Shown piece by piece: positions 17,635 to 20,000 of a stretch of DNA of 20,000 bases. The notes under the pieces are model-generated. The model made no database searches. It worked only from the letters and a program-made list of their open reading frames with translations, and was not told where the DNA came from. Each line of letters begins with the position of its first letter. Position 1 is the first letter of the stretch. The DNA is from an uncultured virus (IMG/VR IMGVR_UViG_3300035511_000224) (lineage: Duplodnaviria > Heunggongvirae > Uroviricota > Caudoviricetes), in IMG/VR virus record IMGVR_UViG_3300035511_000224. One strand, written 5' to 3'. Made by a program: the position numbers and the translations under genes.

Positions 17635-17985
17635 TTAATTCAGAAGTTTTGTTTATTTCTTCCGAAGTTATTACTTTTTCTTCCGAAGTAATTCTTATTT
17701 CTTCGGAATTAATCCCCATTTCTTCCGAAAAATTCCGAATAAAAGGACATTTCTTCCCGGATTGATTTTTTTTCGAAAAACAGGGTGAAAATAGGTGTTT
17801 TGAAAAGGTCCAAAAATTGTCGTTTTACAGGCGTTTCTTGCCATTTTCCGCCAAAAATTACTTCGGAAGTTTTTGCCATTTCTTCGGAAGTTATACTAAT
17901 TAATTCCGAAGTTATTCATATTTCTTCCGAAGTTATTGCAATAAATTCTGAAATCTTCGGAAGAAAAGGGCATTTCTTCCGAAAC
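17635..17985. repeat. Two iteron-like arrays of TTCnGAA with 21-bp period (putative replication origin or other protein-binding array)
   Basis: Cores start at 17639, 17660, 17681, 17702, 17723, 17733 and at 17862, 17883, 17904, 17925, 17946, 17956, 17977. An A/T-rich tract follows at about 17987-18032. Confidence 0.85.
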
Positions 17986-18111
17986 CTTTTTTTTAAAAGA
18001 AAAGAAAAAGAAATAAAAAAGAAATATATATATCGTTGAGTTGACTTTACGCGTACGCGCGAGAGAAATTTTCTTTGAGCTTCGCAGAAAATGGATTGAT
18101 ACGCGAGAATG

Positions 18112-18142
18112 AAAAGAGCCGCGCCACGCCTGGCACGACTCT
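18112..18142 (-). terminator. Intrinsic terminator of the integrase gene
   Basis: Minus strand GAGTCGTGCCA-GGCG-TGGCGCGGCTC-TTTT (two G-U pairs), 10 nt after the integrase stop. Confidence 0.75.
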
Positions 18143-18151
18143 CAAAAATTT

Positions 18152-19642
18152 TTAGAAGCCTTTTCCCTTTTGGTGCTCGTAAACATAAACCTTGCCATTA
18201 TCCATGTTAACGATTTTGAATTGAACGATTGAGCGTTCCGGAATATCATCCGGGAATTTAGCGACCAATATCTTGGTAACCTCATCGACGTTTGAATAGC
18301 CAATATCCTCAAAGTGTGTAAGGCACTTACCCTTGAAGAATGCTGCTGCACGTATCAGCATTTTTGGAGATAAACGAAATACGCCGTCATCCTCTTCATC
18401 CTCGTGTATCATCCGTCGCGAGGTGGCATCACTGAACAAGATAAAATCAATCACACGCTCGTTAAGCTTCCAGGCAGGCGAGAAGTCTATTCGTACATAA
18501 CCTCTTGTCACACGAGCATATCTCTGAGAGTGATTCATGGCAAAGCCAACCTCGGACAATGAAGCTCCACAATCGTTCTGTGCTGTTGTGGCCCAGGTAT
18601 GGCGGAATGTGTACACGCAGTACCATTGCTCCTTTGGTATTCCCATGGATTTGCATATCGCCTTGATGCCTATGTTTACATTGGCGCTAAAACTGTCGTA
18701 GTTCGAATATCTCTCTCCGAAAACAAACAGATAGTCTGAGTCATCTCCGGCTTTATATTTCTCGAACATTGGTTTGAGGATCTCCGGCACTCGCATTTCC
18801 ATGTATGCACCATCGCTTCTGCTCTTCGTCGTCTTTGCTCGCTTGTAATGGATGATGCCTCCGTGATAGTCTTCTTTGCGAAGGTTGTAGATGTCAACTG
18901 TGTTTATGCCGGCTAAACACAAACACATCAAAGCGACATCGCGTCCGAGCTCTGGAAGTGGAGAGATCATCTTCGTCTTTGGCAGTGGAGCAGAAAAGAA
19001 TGCACGGCATGCCTCAGCTGTGATTGCTCTTTTCTCCGGTGTGTCTGATGGCGGAATTTTCACCTTCCCCCATGGATTGTTCTTGACTTGAATGATGCCG
19101 TTGTCGTAATCGTTCAGGTCATTAACAGCTGCTTTGAATATCTGACGGATGCACACCGGATACATCTCCTTGGCTCTCGCTGTTTTGGCCAATGTCTCTA
19201 TCCACTTGGTAATGTTCATCACTGTTAGCTGTGAAAACTTGACTTTTGTCGTGCCAAAGAAACACTCAATGTGCTGTAATGCTAGTTTGTAGTTCTTGGC
19301 GTTTCGCTCTTGCCCATTGTCAATTAGCTTGTCGATATACTTCCTGGCATACTCCGAGAAGGGCTCTACTTCTTCTGGAAGCATCAGGAACTCAACAATC
19401 TTTTTGCAACTCCAATCTCTTGTGTCGTGACGGTTCAGTCTATCCTGGTAGTCGATAATCTGCTTTGTGCAAAACTGCATCACGTATGGATCCTGAATCT
19501 CGCCGGTGCTAGACAGGTAACTTTTGGTGACAGCCTTGTCTGTCTTGATAAATAACGCCTGACGGTTTTGTGTCACCCGGATGTAGACCGTATAAAATCC
19601 ATCCGAACGAGGCCGTCTTACAACTGCTTTGAATGTAGCCAT
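18152..19642 (-). CDS. int: Tyrosine recombinase / phage integrase (496 aa)
   Basis: Likely start MATFKAVVRR (19642). N-terminal arm-binding region (YTVYIRVTQNR), SAM-like core (NAKNYKLALQH), catalytic region GINTVDI / KRAKT / YTFRHTWAT / MNH / TRGY. Confidence 0.93.
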   Translation of the reverse strand: MATFKAVVRRPRSDGFYTVYIRVTQNRQALFIKTDKAVTKSYLSSTGEIQDPYVMQFCTKQIIDYQDRLNRHDTRDWSCKKIVEFLMLPEEVEPFSEYARKYIDKLIDNGQERNAKNYKLALQHIECFFGTTKVKFSQLTVMNITKWIETLAKTARAKEMYPVCIRQIFKAAVNDLNDYDNGIIQVKNNPWGKVKIPPSDTPEKRAITAEACRAFFSAPLPKTKMISPLPELGRDVALMCLCLAGINTVDIYNLRKEDYHGGIIHYKRAKTTKSRSDGAYMEMRVPEILKPMFEKYKAGDDSDYLFVFGERYSNYDSFSANVNIGIKAICKSMGIPKEQWYCVYTFRHTWATTAQNDCGASLSEVGFAMNHSQRYARVTRGYVRIDFSPAWKLNERVIDFILFSDATSRRMIHEDEEDDGVFRLSPKMLIRAAAFFKGKCLTHFEDIGYSNVDEVTKILVAKFPDDIPERSIVQFKIVNMDNGKVYVYEHQKGKGF

Positions 19643-19677
19643 AACTCTGAAATATTTTGTTGAAAATCTAACTTTTT

Positions 19678-19770
19678 CACGTGGACAACACGTGGACAAC
19701 AGCACCATCAAAATGGTACAAACATTGGACAACATTGTTGTTCAAAAGTACACATTTTTGTGTCCAAATG
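19678..19770. repeat. Putative integrase arm-type binding sites of the att region
   Basis: TGGACAACA at 19682, 19693 and 19726, plus an inverted partial copy (TGTCCA) near 19762, between ppdK and the int start. Confidence 0.6.
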
Positions 19771-19782
19771 CACAAACCCTTT

Positions 19783-19830
19783 AAAAAAAACATAGGCGAT
19801 AAGCCCCATGTTTAAAGGGCTTATCACCTA
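19783..19830 (-). terminator. Intrinsic terminator downstream of ppdK (14-bp inverted repeat in the att region)
   Basis: Minus strand TAGGTGATAAGCCC-N10-GGGCTTATCGCCTA-TG-T8. Confidence 0.75.
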
Positions 19831-19857
19831 AGTCGCTCGTAATGCGCATTATTCGGT

Positions 19858-20000
19858 TTATTCCTCAACTGCTGCGGCGGCCGCCGCAAGTCTAGCTATA
19901 GGCACGCGGAACGGAGAGCAGGAGACGTAATTCAAACCTACCTTGTGGCAGAACTTCACGGATGAAGGTTCTCCTCCGTGCTCGCCACAGATACCGCACT
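19858..20000 (-). CDS. ppdK: Pyruvate, phosphate dikinase, C-terminal fragment (5'-partial)
   Basis: [46 protein letters not shown] matches the characteristic PPDK C-terminus. Confidence 0.95.
   Translation of the reverse strand, partial: CGICGEHGGEPSSVKFCHKVGLNYVSCSPFRVPIARLAAAAAAVEE

Larger units (their letters stand above)
1..19860. mobile_element. Integrated prophage (right end), inserted at or next to the 3' end of ppdK; continues beyond the left edge
   Basis: Tyrosine integrase directly downstream of a host housekeeping gene, with arm-like repeats, followed by TerS-like, ejection-like and polyvalent protein genes. The exact att crossover point cannot be determined from one end. Confidence 0.85.

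Noticed and set aside
17635..17985. CRISPR array
   Set aside because: Units are 21 bp, degenerate, with no 25-40 bp unique spacers and no cas genes.
17519..18039. ORFs 17519-17719 (-) and 17785-18039 (+) with TSEE/SSEV repeats
   Set aside because: Explained by the palindromic 21-bp DNA repeats being open on both strands; a rep remnant cannot be fully excluded.
19643..19735. 31-aa N-terminal extension of the integrase in the ORF track
   Set aside because: Non-ATG start that runs through the arm-repeat region; MATFK at 19642 is the more typical start.

Overview
This window is the right-hand end of an integrated Bacteroidota (Bacteroidales-like) prophage, next to the 3' end of host ppdK. From right to left it carries: the ppdK C-terminus and terminator; arm-type repeats; a tyrosine integrase; a non-coding region with two matching 21-bp-period TTCnGAA arrays; a divergently transcribed terminase-small-subunit-like gene; three minus-strand genes resembling internal virion/ejection proteins; and a giant minus-strand ORF (ATG 14991, still open at position 1, >=4997 codons) that the ORF track misses because its stop lies outside the window. 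The giant ORF is a phage polyvalent protein with a Gly/Ala-rich segment, ddrB-like ParB, PBECR-like nuclease, ART-PolyVal, inorganic pyrophosphatase, N6-adenine MTase and SNF2 helicase domains (the last two DarB-like). Its inter-domain linkers appear to carry a second layer of information. Two small helical ORFs are nested in the +1 frame directly ahead of the nuclease and MTase domains. An antisense Bacteroidetes-consensus promoter and a compact structured RNA lie directly behind the nuclease domain. Domain calls come from motif recognition by eye, not database searches, and domain boundaries are approximate.
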